Assembly: GCA_019057475.1 (NCBI GenBank)
Contig: DXJO01000041.1
Location: forward strand, 114,217 to 178,216
DNA length: 64,000 bases
Source: Candidatus Thorarchaeota archaeon
GTDB lineage: Archaea > Asgardarchaeota > Thorarchaeia > Thorarchaeales > Thorarchaeaceae
Direction: 5' to 3'
The first letter of the stretch is position 1. The number at the start of each line of letters is the position of its first letter. The position numbers and the translations under genes are program-made. The notes under the pieces are model-generated. The model was not told where the DNA came from and did not search any database. It saw only the letters and a program-made list of their open reading frames with translations. Positions 54,894 through 64,000 of the stretch are shown one piece after another.

Positions 54894-55382
54894 ATGAAAA
54901 CAATTCTAAGTCAGGGAGTAAAGCTAGCAAGAGCCAAGGGGGTTTGTGCGATTCCTAGAAAGAAACTACATAGAAGGGTCCATCGAGAACCACCAGTTTC
55001 AGTCTTCAAGCCTGCAGGCATACCTGCGAGGGATCTTGACGAGATTCTAATAACTGTGGACGAGTTCGAGGCAATCCGACTGGCGGATTTTGAAGGCATG
55101 AGTCAGAGAGAAGCCAGCGTCACAATGCAGATCAGTCAGCCTACGTTTAACCGAGTGTTATCATCTGCTAGAAGCAAAATCGCCAAGGGGCTGGTTCAGG
55201 GTGATGTTCTGCGGATTGAGGGGGGACGCTATCTTCTTGAAGATGGCTCAGGATTTTTGGAGTGTATTGATTGTAGATACGCACTTGACATGAAATCGGA
55301 TGACAGGAGCTTCTGTCCCAAATGTGGTTCGACCAACCTGCGATGGAACAGATGGGAAACCGAAGAGCTGGACCCTGCATGA
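54894..55382 (+). CDS. DUF134 HTH protein with C-terminal Zn ribbon (start uncertain)
   Basis: FKPAGIP, DEFEAIRLAD.EGMSQREA..MQISQPTF.R, CIDC/CPKC. Confidence 0.85.
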   Translation: MKTILSQGVKLARAKGVCAIPRKKLHRRVHREPPVSVFKPAGIPARDLDEILITVDEFEAIRLADFEGMSQREASVTMQISQPTFNRVLSSARSKIAKGLVQGDVLRIEGGRYLLEDGSGFLECIDCRYALDMKSDDRSFCPKCGSTNLRWNRWETEELDPA

Positions 55383-55427
55383 GCGGATGAAAAACAACCG
55401 AGATCCATTTTCATATGTCGAATGCAC

Positions 55428-55727
55428 TTACAGGCGCACCCACTGCGCATGTGGATGACCTTCTATGTATATCACGGCGCTCTCATGAACAAAGCCAGCA
55501 TCCATTGCTGCTTTCACGGTAGTCTGTCCAATCATGTTCACAATCGTGGCATCCTTGAGTTGCACAAAGCACTTCTTCATGTCCACGAGTTCCCCACCAT
55601 AGAATCCCTCGCTGATTTTGAACTTGAGATCGCCCTCGACTAGAGTGCGTCCCAACAAGTCCTCATCACAGATTGATACGAGTAGATGATCATGGGTTGC
55701 TCGAACCCGCATGTAGACGAACGGCAT
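55428..55727 (-). CDS. DUF424-family protein
   Basis: ICDEDLLG, EGFYGGE, ATIVNMIG, PHAQ. Confidence 0.85.
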   Translation of the reverse strand: MPFVYMRVRATHDHLLVSICDEDLLGRTLVEGDLKFKISEGFYGGELVDMKKCFVQLKDATIVNMIGQTTVKAAMDAGFVHESAVIYIEGHPHAQWVRL

Positions 55728-55743
55728 TGAGAGATCACCTTTG

Positions 55744-56157
55744 CTAGACGGGTCTGATAGCTGTACGAGCTCCACACGCACTACAATGCAAGTAGTAAGC
55801 GTTTTTCTCCTTGCCTATGGTTGTGTCTGGTCTTCCACACACCGGGCAAGTGACGTAGGCCTCTATATAGCGCTTCAGAACGTCCCCAATACCCTCAGCA
55901 GTGAACTTGCCTTGGAAGACTGCTGTGCTCCCCTCGAAGTTTCCCGCTGTGGCGAGTTGGCCCGAAACGAATTTCATGACTTCTTTTCCAGGCCGGTTCA
56001 GAACCATGATAATCTCTTGGAAGTTCTGCCAGATGCTTCGGCTGCCTTGAACTATGAGCTGTACGTTGGGGACCTGAAATCGCTCACCTGATCGCTTGAA
56101 GGCATCTTCCGGAATTTGGCTTCTTGCTCTATCGAGAAGGCTATCATAGTCGTCCAT
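55744..56157 (-). CDS. eif2b: Translation initiation factor 2 beta
   Basis: YDSLLDRA, ERFQVP, NF, YVTCPVCGRPDT, CSACGA. Confidence 0.95.
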   Translation of the reverse strand: MDDYDSLLDRARSQIPEDAFKRSGERFQVPNVQLIVQGSRSIWQNFQEIIMVLNRPGKEVMKFVSGQLATAGNFEGSTAVFQGKFTAEGIGDVLKRYIEAYVTCPVCGRPDTTIGKEKNAYYLHCSACGARTAIRPV

Positions 56158-56208
56158 GAGTTGATTCACACCATTTCTGCTATTGAAGGTTCTGCTCGCG
56201 TCAATGCA

Positions 56209-56904
56209 CTATGTATCAATAGGCAAATAGTATCCAATCTTCACTTCGCGAATCCTCTGTTGATCCATGAGATCAATGACCTTCAGTGTGATAGCAGATT
56301 TGCTATTACCTTGTTTCTCAAAGTGCGACACGATATCCTGAAGGTAGACGCCATCCGGCGATGCGTTCTCTCGGATGAATTGAAGAATCTGTTTAGCCAG
56401 CGTTCTAGGGGATTTGGGTTTACTAGTTGAGGCCGATCTCTTACTCTTAGCCGGTTTGAGGGTTTCTTGGACATCATCCATAGACTCACCCTCACTGGGA
56501 GTTGAGATGCCACTGCGAGTGAGAATGGCTCTATAGCGCTCTAGCTGATGAAGTGTCATGTAGTTTGCATCATCCAGAGACCGCACAATCTCGGGTACTA
56601 TGTAGACCTCACCCTCATACTCCCGCACTTTCCCTACAATCATTGCAAGTGTGTTGGTTTCAACTTGTTCAAGTGATTGTGTTTCGCCCCACGCTTTTGC
56701 TCTGATCGTTTCAGTTCCGTCATCGATTGTTATGCTGGCGAAGCTTCCTTGGCCTACATACTGACGAACTATGAAACCCACTAAAACAACACGCCGAAGC
56801 TCGACGCCTTGAGGAGACACAACGTGATGGCCGTCTTCCTCACTATACGTCCCACGAATAATGTCAGCAACTGATGCTCTCAAGGCAGTCATTCGTTCTC
56901 GCAT
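56209..56904 (-). CDS. RPA32/RPA2-like OB-fold protein with C-terminal winged helix
   Basis: RVVLVG, IDDGTETI, GKVREY, PEIV; S/T/K linker; wHTH ending EVKIGYY. Confidence 0.82.
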   Translation of the reverse strand: MRERMTALRASVADIIRGTYSEEDGHHVVSPQGVELRRVVLVGFIVRQYVGQGSFASITIDDGTETIRAKAWGETQSLEQVETNTLAMIVGKVREYEGEVYIVPEIVRSLDDANYMTLHQLERYRAILTRSGISTPSEGESMDDVQETLKPAKSKRSASTSKPKSPRTLAKQILQFIRENASPDGVYLQDIVSHFEKQGNSKSAITLKVIDLMDQQRIREVKIGYYLPIDT

Positions 56905-57027
56905 TCGGTGGTCCGTCCTTAGACACTAGTTATTGTTCAGCTGTATAAACCATTCTCTGGAGCAAAGGAACACTTCTCAAGCTGCAGGATGAACTGCAAT
57001 GTTTGATGAAACGTAATCGTTTTGATG

Positions 57028-58062
57028 TTAAAAGAAATCGCTCAACGTACTCTGTTTAGTCGACCCGTGTAGTTCTTCTAGCGCCTTGGAGAGCCTATTG
57101 AGAGTGCTCTGAATGCGATCCTTGCTAAAATCATGTTCCTTGCACAGAATTCGCTTTATCGCGTCCGGCTCCGGGTCAAGCCATTCCAAAATCTCCATCT
57201 TTAGCGTGGGCGGATTTAGAAATAGTTCTCTTATTTCCTCGTAAGGGAATCTCAGCTCTAATCCTTTCTCAGATTCAATCTTCTCAAGCGAACCATACTG
57301 TTTTACTAGCTTTAGAGCTGTTTTCGGACCGACACGAGGAACCTTCTCGTTGTAATCAGTGCCGATTAAAATGGCAATGTCCACTAGCTGTTCTCTAGTG
57401 ATGTCCAATAGCTTGAGGTTGAAGTCTAGGTCTATAACCTCGGGATGTACTGTCTTGTAAGCCTTGGACCTAGCGATTTTGCGACGACCAGAGATTGACA
57501 AGTTGCGAATCATTCTAGGGCAGTTGTACAAGAGAGAGTCATTATCTTGACTTGCGCTCGCCCATACCAAGCCTTCACGAGCCATCTGTGCCGCGAGCGC
57601 TTCCCCTTCAGACGGGGCTTGAATAACTGGTATCCCCAAGGCAGTGAGCAACTTCTTGCTCTCCTCAATCATATCAGAAGTCAGCCATGAGCTGGCCTGT
57701 CCTGCCTTCCGGGCGTCTTCAACCCGCCCCTCCGCCTTTGCTTTCTCCCATGTCTTGTAGGCAGCCTTTCTGATTTCTCGCCTTCGCTTCACCTCATCAG
57801 CTTTGAGTTGTGGTGCCTTGCCATCAAAGACATAGACCGGGCGTATGCCGCTTTCGAGAAGATTCACATTCCGGTAGAACAGCCCACTCAAGTGGCTCGT
57901 TACTCGGCCACGCCGGTCCATCAGCGGAGTGCCATCTGGCTGCCTAATGCCTGAGAGAAACTGATAGAGTGTGTTGAATGCATCAACGGCAAGCTCTCGA
58001 CCTGATAGATCATTCAGTGTGATTGTCTCTGCTCTGATTATGTCACCGAGCTTTGTTCCCAT
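57028..58062 (-). CDS. fen: Flap endonuclease 1
   Basis: DAFNTLYQFL, YVFDG, APSEGEA, GTDYN, PIP box QSTLSDFF. Confidence 0.97.
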   Translation of the reverse strand: MGTKLGDIIRAETITLNDLSGRELAVDAFNTLYQFLSGIRQPDGTPLMDRRGRVTSHLSGLFYRNVNLLESGIRPVYVFDGKAPQLKADEVKRRREIRKAAYKTWEKAKAEGRVEDARKAGQASSWLTSDMIEESKKLLTALGIPVIQAPSEGEALAAQMAREGLVWASASQDNDSLLYNCPRMIRNLSISGRRKIARSKAYKTVHPEVIDLDFNLKLLDITREQLVDIAILIGTDYNEKVPRVGPKTALKLVKQYGSLEKIESEKGLELRFPYEEIRELFLNPPTLKMEILEWLDPEPDAIKRILCKEHDFSKDRIQSTLNRLSKALEELHGSTKQSTLSDFF

Positions 58063-58214
58063 CAGGTTTTCGCCTTCGTCGGGTCTACACCCAGTCTCCG
58101 GTCATAAGTTGTTCGATTCTCTGAAGGGGACTGGCATGCCGCTTCGCTAGGTTTATAACAAATCCGCAAATGAAAGCCAGAAACTGGTCTAAGAAGAGAC
58201 CTTCTGGTGATATT

Positions 58215-58391
58215 TTGTCAAGTATGCAAGCGATCAGATGTGTTTCGTGCCACGGGTCGATTTCGCCACACGAAAGCAGTGTGAAATTCAACTGCCCATC
58301 TTGTGGTGCATTCGTGATTTGGCGATGTGAGTCTTGTAGACGTTTCTCGAACAAATACAAGTGCCCCAGCTGTGGATTCGAAGGGCCATAG
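58215..58391 (+). CDS. DUF1610 zinc-ribbon protein
   Basis: CVSC, FNCPSCG, RCESCR, YKCPSCGFEGP; precedes EF-1beta. Confidence 0.9.
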   Translation: MSSMQAIRCVSCHGSISPHESSVKFNCPSCGAFVIWRCESCRRFSNKYKCPSCGFEGP

Positions 58392-58411
58392 ATAGGCAGC
58401 GGTGAAGCAGA

Positions 58412-58678
58412 ATGGCAAGAGTGGTTATGACGCTAAAGATTATGCCAGATGGCATTGATGTGAATATGGATGACTTACTGGAACGCGTAAAAGGCGCCAT
58501 TCCGGAGGGTACTGATGTCAGAGCCAACGAGGTTATTCCAGTAGCGTTTGGTCTCAAGGCGCTCAGAATGAACGTAGTCAGAGAGGAATCAATGGGGGGA
58601 ACCGACGACATCGAAGCAGCCATAACCGCCCTAGATGGCGTTGCGCAGGTAGAGGTCGAGATGGTTTCACGAATGTGA
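58412..58678 (+). CDS. ef1b: Elongation factor 1-beta
   Basis: LKIMP, PVAFGLKAL, GGTD. Confidence 0.95.
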   Translation: MARVVMTLKIMPDGIDVNMDDLLERVKGAIPEGTDVRANEVIPVAFGLKALRMNVVREESMGGTDDIEAAITALDGVAQVEVEMVSRM

Positions 58679-58926
58679 TTACGAGGCCAATCCTTGGTAA
58701 CACGATTACGTAAGGTTATGATAGCAGGCAAGTCAGAGTTTATATTGGAAGCCAGCGCGCGGCGGTCATATAACAAGAGTTGTTACATACCGAAGTATAT
58801 CGGTGGTAGAGAAATACTCTTTAGCGGAAAACCAGGACAGAGTAGCAAGACGGCATTCATTGAATAGGGATTTACCGTCCTTGTTTCTGGACTGCAAACT
58901 CACATTATGGAGGTTGCGTTTAGCTA

Positions 58927-61122
58927 ATGGTCGAGATTGTTCTGAAAGTTGCAGAGGCTGAGCACAGAGACATTGGGCGATTCATAGTAAGAATTGACGC
59001 GGTATCGATGGAGAAACTGGGTGTCAGGACAGGAGATATAATCCAAATCAAGGGCAAAAGAGCAACCGCTGCCATCGCTTGGCCAGCCTATCAAGGCGAT
59101 AAGGGCCGTGAGATCATCAGAATGGACGGCCGGATTAGAAGAAATGCAGGCGTTAGTTTAAGCGAGAAGGTGACAGTTTCCAGAGCTAACGAGGAACCCG
59201 CGCGCAATGTCATACTTGCCCCAACCTCTGTTCCAATCAGACCCGAGCCCAGATTCGAAGAGTTTGTAAAAAGGAAACTGCTTAACTGCCCTGTAACTCC
59301 CCAAGATACTGTATTTATCCCAATTCTGGGACGGGCGATTCCCTTCAAAGTCACATCGATAAAACCTGCTGGTACCGTTGTTGTGCAACATTCAACTATA
59401 CTTACGATTGCCGAGAAACCGACCGGCGATGTTATTGGTACGTCGATGGTTACGTATGAAGAGATAGGTGGTCTTTCAGACGAGATCCAGCGCATTAGAG
59501 AGATGGTCGAGCTTCCCATGAGGCATCCAGAGCTCTTCAAGCGGCTGGGAATTGATCCTCCGCGCGGACTGATTCTCCACGGCCCTCCGGGTACGGGAAA
59601 GACACTCCTGGCTAAGGCTGTGGCTAGCGAGTCAGAAGCGAATTTCATTCACATCAACGGCCCTGAAATCATGTCGAAGTTCTACGGCGAGTCAGAACAG
59701 AAGCTTCGTAAGATCTTCGAGGACGCAGAAGAAAATGCCCCTAGTATTATCTTCATAGATGAGATTGACGCGATTGCACCCAAGAGGGAGGATGTGCAGG
59801 GAGAAGTTGAAAGAAGGGTTGTCGCACAACTTCTCGCAACAATGGATGGCCTCAAATCTAGAGGACAGGTTGTAGTCATTGCGGCCACAAACAGAGTGAA
59901 TGCAGTTGATCCGGCACTGAGAAGGCCGGGCAGGTTTGACCGCGAGATTGAGATTGGCGTTCCGGATAAAACGGGACGGCTCGAGGTACTCCACATCCAT
60001 TCAAGGGGCATGCCTCTGACAGAAGAGGGCGATTTACGCGTTGACCTAGAATCATTAGCTAGTAGAACACATGGGTTTGTAGGAGCCGATCTTCATGCCC
60101 TCTGCAGAGAAGCGGCAATGAAGGCATTGAGAAGATACTTGCCGAAAATCAACCTTGATGAAGAGGAGATACCACAAGATGTGCTCGACCAGTTGGAGGT
60201 CACCAACGACGACTTCCTCGGGGCACTACGGGAAATTCAACCGACCGCGGTGCGAGAGGTATTCATTGAGATTCCAAACGTGCACTGGAGTGATATCGGA
60301 GGGCTTCAAGAAGTAAAAGACACGTTAATCGAGGTCGTAGAGTGGCCTCTTAAAAGACCCGAAACATTCACACGCCTAGGAATCTCGCCCCCAAAGGGCG
60401 TACTCATCTACGGTCCACCTGGTGCTGGAAAGACGCTCCTTGCTAGAGCTGTAGCAACGGAAAGTGAGGCGAACTTCATTAGTGTCAAAGGCCCAGAACT
60501 GCTCTCCAAATGGGTGGGTGAGAGCGAGAAAGCGGTCCGCGAGATATTCCGAAAAGCAAGAACTGCAGCACCAGCAATAATATTCTTTGACGAAATTGAT
60601 GCGATTGCCCCTACGAGGGGGAGGAGCGCTGGAGATAGTCATGTCACTGAGAGAGTCATTAGTCAACTCTTGACAGAGATGGACGGCCTTGAATCAATGA
60701 AAGATGTGATTGTTCTAGCTGCGACAAATCGTCCAGAGCTCATAGATAGAGCTCTTCTCAGGACTGGCAGGTTTGACCGGTTTGTCTATGTGCCAGCACC
60801 CGATAAAAGTAGCCGACAGAAGATATTCGAGATATATACCAAAAACATGCCACTTGACGAGGATGTAGCAATTGAGAAACTGGTGGAGATGACCGAGTAC
60901 TTCGTTGGTGGCGATGTCGAGGCGCTATGTCGGGAGGCAGGCATGCGTGCCCTTAGGGAGAATATGGATGCTGAAATCGTTTCAATGAAGCACTTCAAGG
61001 ATGCATTGAAAACGTTGCATGCATCCGTCACGCCACAGATCCTTGAGAACTACGAGAAAATGGATAAGGATCTTCGAAGGATTTCTGTGACGGAAATGGC
61101 TCAACGTCCTGGAACAATATGA
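58927..61122 (+). CDS. cdc48: CDC48/VCP AAA ATPase
   Basis: N-domain plus two AAA modules ([26 protein letters not shown]). Confidence 0.97.
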   Translation: MVEIVLKVAEAEHRDIGRFIVRIDAVSMEKLGVRTGDIIQIKGKRATAAIAWPAYQGDKGREIIRMDGRIRRNAGVSLSEKVTVSRANEEPARNVILAPTSVPIRPEPRFEEFVKRKLLNCPVTPQDTVFIPILGRAIPFKVTSIKPAGTVVVQHSTILTIAEKPTGDVIGTSMVTYEEIGGLSDEIQRIREMVELPMRHPELFKRLGIDPPRGLILHGPPGTGKTLLAKAVASESEANFIHINGPEIMSKFYGESEQKLRKIFEDAEENAPSIIFIDEIDAIAPKREDVQGEVERRVVAQLLATMDGLKSRGQVVVIAATNRVNAVDPALRRPGRFDREIEIGVPDKTGRLEVLHIHSRGMPLTEEGDLRVDLESLASRTHGFVGADLHALCREAAMKALRRYLPKINLDEEEIPQDVLDQLEVTNDDFLGALREIQPTAVREVFIEIPNVHWSDIGGLQEVKDTLIEVVEWPLKRPETFTRLGISPPKGVLIYGPPGAGKTLLARAVATESEANFISVKGPELLSKWVGESEKAVREIFRKARTAAPAIIFFDEIDAIAPTRGRSAGDSHVTERVISQLLTEMDGLESMKDVIVLAATNRPELIDRALLRTGRFDRFVYVPAPDKSSRQKIFEIYTKNMPLDEDVAIEKLVEMTEYFVGGDVEALCREAGMRALRENMDAEIVSMKHFKDALKTLHASVTPQILENYEKMDKDLRRISVTEMAQRPGTI

Positions 61123-61143
61123 ATAACGGAAAGTGATGGTGGA

Positions 61144-61404
61144 TTGGCGACTTGGACAGCAATACCGCTTAGGAATTTAGTGGTAAACATACTGAAGAAA
61201 CGTCATGGAGTCGTCCTAGAGGATGAGCTCAGAAGGGCGTTGAAGAAGGAGATTGGCAAAGAACCCAGTGAGGCTGAACTTAACTCGGCTCTGATGCAGC
61301 TTGAAATCAACGGTCTCGTACATGTCAGTCAAATTACTAGGACCAAGCGTCGTATAGAAGTCGTTGGAGAGGGTAGAGAGTTCCTTGCAGTGGACGAGGA
61401 TTAG
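61144..61404 (+). CDS. Small winged-helix-like conserved hypothetical protein
   Basis: PLRNLVVNIL...SEAELNSALMQLEINGLVHV. Confidence 0.7.
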   Translation: MATWTAIPLRNLVVNILKKRHGVVLEDELRRALKKEIGKEPSEAELNSALMQLEINGLVHVSQITRTKRRIEVVGEGREFLAVDED

Positions 61405-61432
61405 TGCGCCTCGGCGCTAAGGTGAGAATCCT

Positions 61433-61894
61433 ATGCTTGGTAAGAGAGTCCTAGCAGCGGGAAAGTTTGACATTCTACACCTTGGACATCTTGCATACCT
61501 AAATCAGGCTAGACAACTAGCAGGTGAGGATGGCGAGCTAGTGGTCGTCATAGCTCTCGATAAGACCATAGAAAAGCAGAAAGGCGCCCCGCCAGTCTTC
61601 CCGCAAGAGCAAAGGCGTCGACTTGTTGAATCCCTAGAGACTGTTGATAGGGCAGTCCTCGGATATGATACTGAAGACCAGTCCATCATTGTGCATGACA
61701 TCAAGCCAGATATCGTGGCTCTTGGATATGATCAGAATGCCAATACACACGCCATTGAGGAGCGGCTGTCCGAAGCTGGACTGAGCACGAAAATTGTCAG
61801 GCTCGAGAAGATGAAGGCTGACGGTCTTTGCTCATCTACGCTAATCAGAAGGCGAATAATCGACTACTATAGAGAGAATGGCAGAGCCCGCTAA
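61433..61894 (+). CDS. ribL: Archaeal FAD synthetase (cytidylyltransferase family)
   Basis: GKFDILHLGH, PDIVALGYDQ, SSTLIR. Confidence 0.85.
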   Translation: MLGKRVLAAGKFDILHLGHLAYLNQARQLAGEDGELVVVIALDKTIEKQKGAPPVFPQEQRRRLVESLETVDRAVLGYDTEDQSIIVHDIKPDIVALGYDQNANTHAIEERLSEAGLSTKIVRLEKMKADGLCSSTLIRRRIIDYYRENGRAR

Positions 61895-61898
61895 CTAC

Positions 61899-63245
61899 TC
61901 AAATTATTAGCTCGCCACGTGCCTCTGCATCATGCCGCTTGGCAGCTAACCGTTCTCTACGGTCAAATGTGGCCTTCCATAGGAAATAGGAAACTCCAGT
62001 TAGCCCTATCATTAGTGCTAGTCCACCCAGAGCCCACCAGCCGGTCTTGAAATGTTCTGAGAAATCTGGTAACGGCCCCGCAATGAAGTAAGGCCAGTTG
62101 ATGAAGACTCCGATAGTATAGAGGAGAGCTACCAGAGCAATCTGCCTGAGATAACCCATGGCTTGTTCATCATCCTTGAGAAAGATCGCTATGGGACCTA
62201 ACCAGAAGACATACCATGGCATTTCCCAACGAAAATAGAATAGGATTGCCGGAAGCATATAGATATAGAGCGGCACAAGAAGATTCAGTTTCTCTCGCCA
62301 AGAGGCTTCAATGAATTTCTGCCTATGGGGGAAGTACTTCCCTACTGTGAGGAGCATGAAAGCTGCGTAGATTACAAGTGGAATCAATGCTGGAGGCCAG
62401 AGATATGTCACTCCTGCAAGCGGACCCTTTGTTGGCGACGTGAAGAGCAATCCGGGATACATCGGATTGACTATTTCTGTGCTATACGCAGAAGTGTTGA
62501 AGAAATGTGACATGAGCGAATCAAAACTGGCTCCAAGAAAGGTGAAGGGAATTATCGTTAGCAGAGATGACAAGAAGAACCAAATCGACGCACTGGGGGC
62601 GGTCAAGAACATCAATGGGAATGCCACTCCGGAGTAAATCTTGGTCTGCACCGATAAGCCCAGGGTGAGCATCGCTTTGTTCATTTGACCCTCTTTCTGC
62701 AATACTAGTGCCATCAGAAGGAGACAGTCCACAATTGGTTCCAGCTTCCCCCCGCCTGCAGACATTACCAGACCGTAAATGAAGTACCCAGCGAAGAATG
62801 AACGAGCCCATTGTACTTTGTAAATCTTATCACGGAGCAGAATCGCAATGAGGACTAAGTTCAGGTTGAACACAAGCACAAGAACGAAGTTTATCCAGAG
62901 CGGCTGTAGATCATTCACTCCGGGAAAAAGCCAGGTTGCGATTGCAAAAAAGATTAGCCCGAATACAGGATACTCGTAGGTAATGTTACCAAGATATCCT
63001 GGAAGTACGTGCTCCCCATCATTGAAATCCCATTCAGGGGGTAGCGCTTCAGCCAGCTCTTGGTCTGTCATGTTGTATACGCCGAAGCCATATATCCAGA
63101 ATGCTTCTCCGTACATCTCATTTCTGTTGCGATCACGTTCGATGACCATCGCATCTGCAATAGGGATTGCAAGTATTGAGATGACCAAGCTCAGCACGAG
63201 GTACTTTCTGAACTCGTATATGCTTAGAGAAATTGCGCTGAGCAT
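61899..63245 (-). CDS. Polytopic membrane protein, probable GT-C-type glycosyltransferase
   Basis: About 10 TM; first external loop with YEYP; K.Y and PWY..W motifs typical of GT87/PIG-M-like folds. Confidence 0.55.
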   Translation of the reverse strand: MLSAISLSIYEFRKYLVLSLVISILAIPIADAMVIERDRNRNEMYGEAFWIYGFGVYNMTDQELAEALPPEWDFNDGEHVLPGYLGNITYEYPVFGLIFFAIATWLFPGVNDLQPLWINFVLVLVFNLNLVLIAILLRDKIYKVQWARSFFAGYFIYGLVMSAGGGKLEPIVDCLLLMALVLQKEGQMNKAMLTLGLSVQTKIYSGVAFPLMFLTAPSASIWFFLSSLLTIIPFTFLGASFDSLMSHFFNTSAYSTEIVNPMYPGLLFTSPTKGPLAGVTYLWPPALIPLVIYAAFMLLTVGKYFPHRQKFIEASWREKLNLLVPLYIYMLPAILFYFRWEMPWYVFWLGPIAIFLKDDEQAMGYLRQIALVALLYTIGVFINWPYFIAGPLPDFSEHFKTGWWALGGLALMIGLTGVSYFLWKATFDRRERLAAKRHDAEARGELII

Positions 63246-63439
63246 CTTCTTGTGACCGCCCTAGCCAGAGTAGGTGTTTCGAAAATCTTCCCCCAGTGGT
63301 GGTAATTAACCTTGTGTAACTTTGGGCAAATGAACCATAGTGTTCACTCACCGAGTTGCAGGGGACGAGTCAGGAGCGATGGAATTCTTGCAGAATCCTA
63401 GCAATTTGGAATACAGAGATGTAAGAAACAAGTAAGATT

Positions 63440-64000
63440 CTCACAATGCATAGGTGCCATCCACATGTGCCTGCATCGGGGGGATTCGTCTGAAAGCCTT
63501 TCTGTGTAGCGTTTCGAACAAACAGGTCCCAAATTGTGTGGGCCTTATCAGTACTGGAGAACCATTACATACTATGAGAGGATTAGGCAAGTGGGCCAAT
63601 GCTGTTTCACGCAGCACACTCTCGCTCCCGAAAGCCCGAGGGAAGGTTTCTTCTCAAGGGAGGTCCTTACTCTCCACAAAGGGTGGTGTATCGCACTCTG
63701 GAGAGTCCGCGGCTGTTCACCATGCATAGACGAGCCTTCTCAGTTTCAGTGATGAATCTGGGATGGGTGATAATGACCCCGCCGTGGCAAGAACTGTGAA
63801 GACCCTCTCTGTCGCTGGGAGTGATACATCAGCATCAAGACAGGAGAAGGAAGCCAAGTCTGTAGGAAGAATCCCATCTCGATGATGACAGACAAAGCCC
63901 CTGCTGACTCCAGCGGAGAATGGAGGATGGTGACATCTGGCAGGGGAAGGGTGGAACACAGGAGTTTCTTGCAGTTGAGTGTCACTCACATGAAATGTAA
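63440..64000. ncRNA. Candidate large structured non-coding region with C/D-box-like motifs
   Basis: No credible ORF; multiple hairpins; long-range helix 63492-63507/63956-63968; RTGATGA at 63749 and 63882. Confidence 0.3.

Noticed and set aside
63490-63970. RNase P RNA-like words (AGAAACTCC, ACAGAGAG, TGAAAC, ACAGAA) on the minus strand
   Set aside because: A canonical P4 helix could not be built; kept only as an unassigned structured region
63443-63998. Minus-strand frame interrupted only by TGA codons (selenoprotein?)
   Set aside because: Translation resembles no redox family, the TGAs lack CxxU-like context, and no SECIS-like element was found
1-64000. CRISPR arrays, IS elements, integrases, inteins, rRNA
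   Set aside because: No regularly spaced repeats, transposase/recombinase motifs, oversize conserved proteins or rRNA signatures were seen by eye

Overview
Archaeal chromosomal DNA, most consistent with an Asgard archaeon (Thorarchaeota-like). This assignment is inferred from gene content such as a ribophorin-I-like protein and an RPA32-like protein; it was not checked by a search. The backbone is housekeeping: rpp21-yhbY-S19e-PDCD5-L39e-L31e-eIF6-LX-prefoldin-ftsY, argF, ftsZ-secE-spt5-L11-L1-P0-P1, thiL, gcvPA/PB, mtaB, top6A/B-dim2-rio1-eIF1A-nmd3, aIF2beta, RPA2, fen1, EF1beta, cdc48, ribL, plus four tRNAs (three carry introns, at D-loop, 37/38 and T-arm positions). Main unusual items: (1) a ~14-kb AT-richer island bounded by ~360-bp, ~91% identical direct repeats of an HDAC-family gene 5' end. 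It encodes an ACP-less acyl module: two KAS III/FabH-like enzymes that both lack the His/Asn decarboxylation pair, two acyl-CoA ligases, MaoC/PhaJ, two hydrolases and a Liv-type ABC importer. (2) A ribophorin-I-like protein whose luminal N-terminus has a DOMON-like domain interrupted by an FKBP-like domain, head-to-head with an AglH/Alg7-type transferase. (3) Spt5 with an inserted C2HC zinc finger. (4) A five-repeat membrane protein divergent from a rubredoxin-TPP enzyme fusion. (5) Several unannotated structured-RNA candidates and tRNA 3'-end (att-like) duplications. No CRISPR array, rRNA, integrase or transposase was seen.
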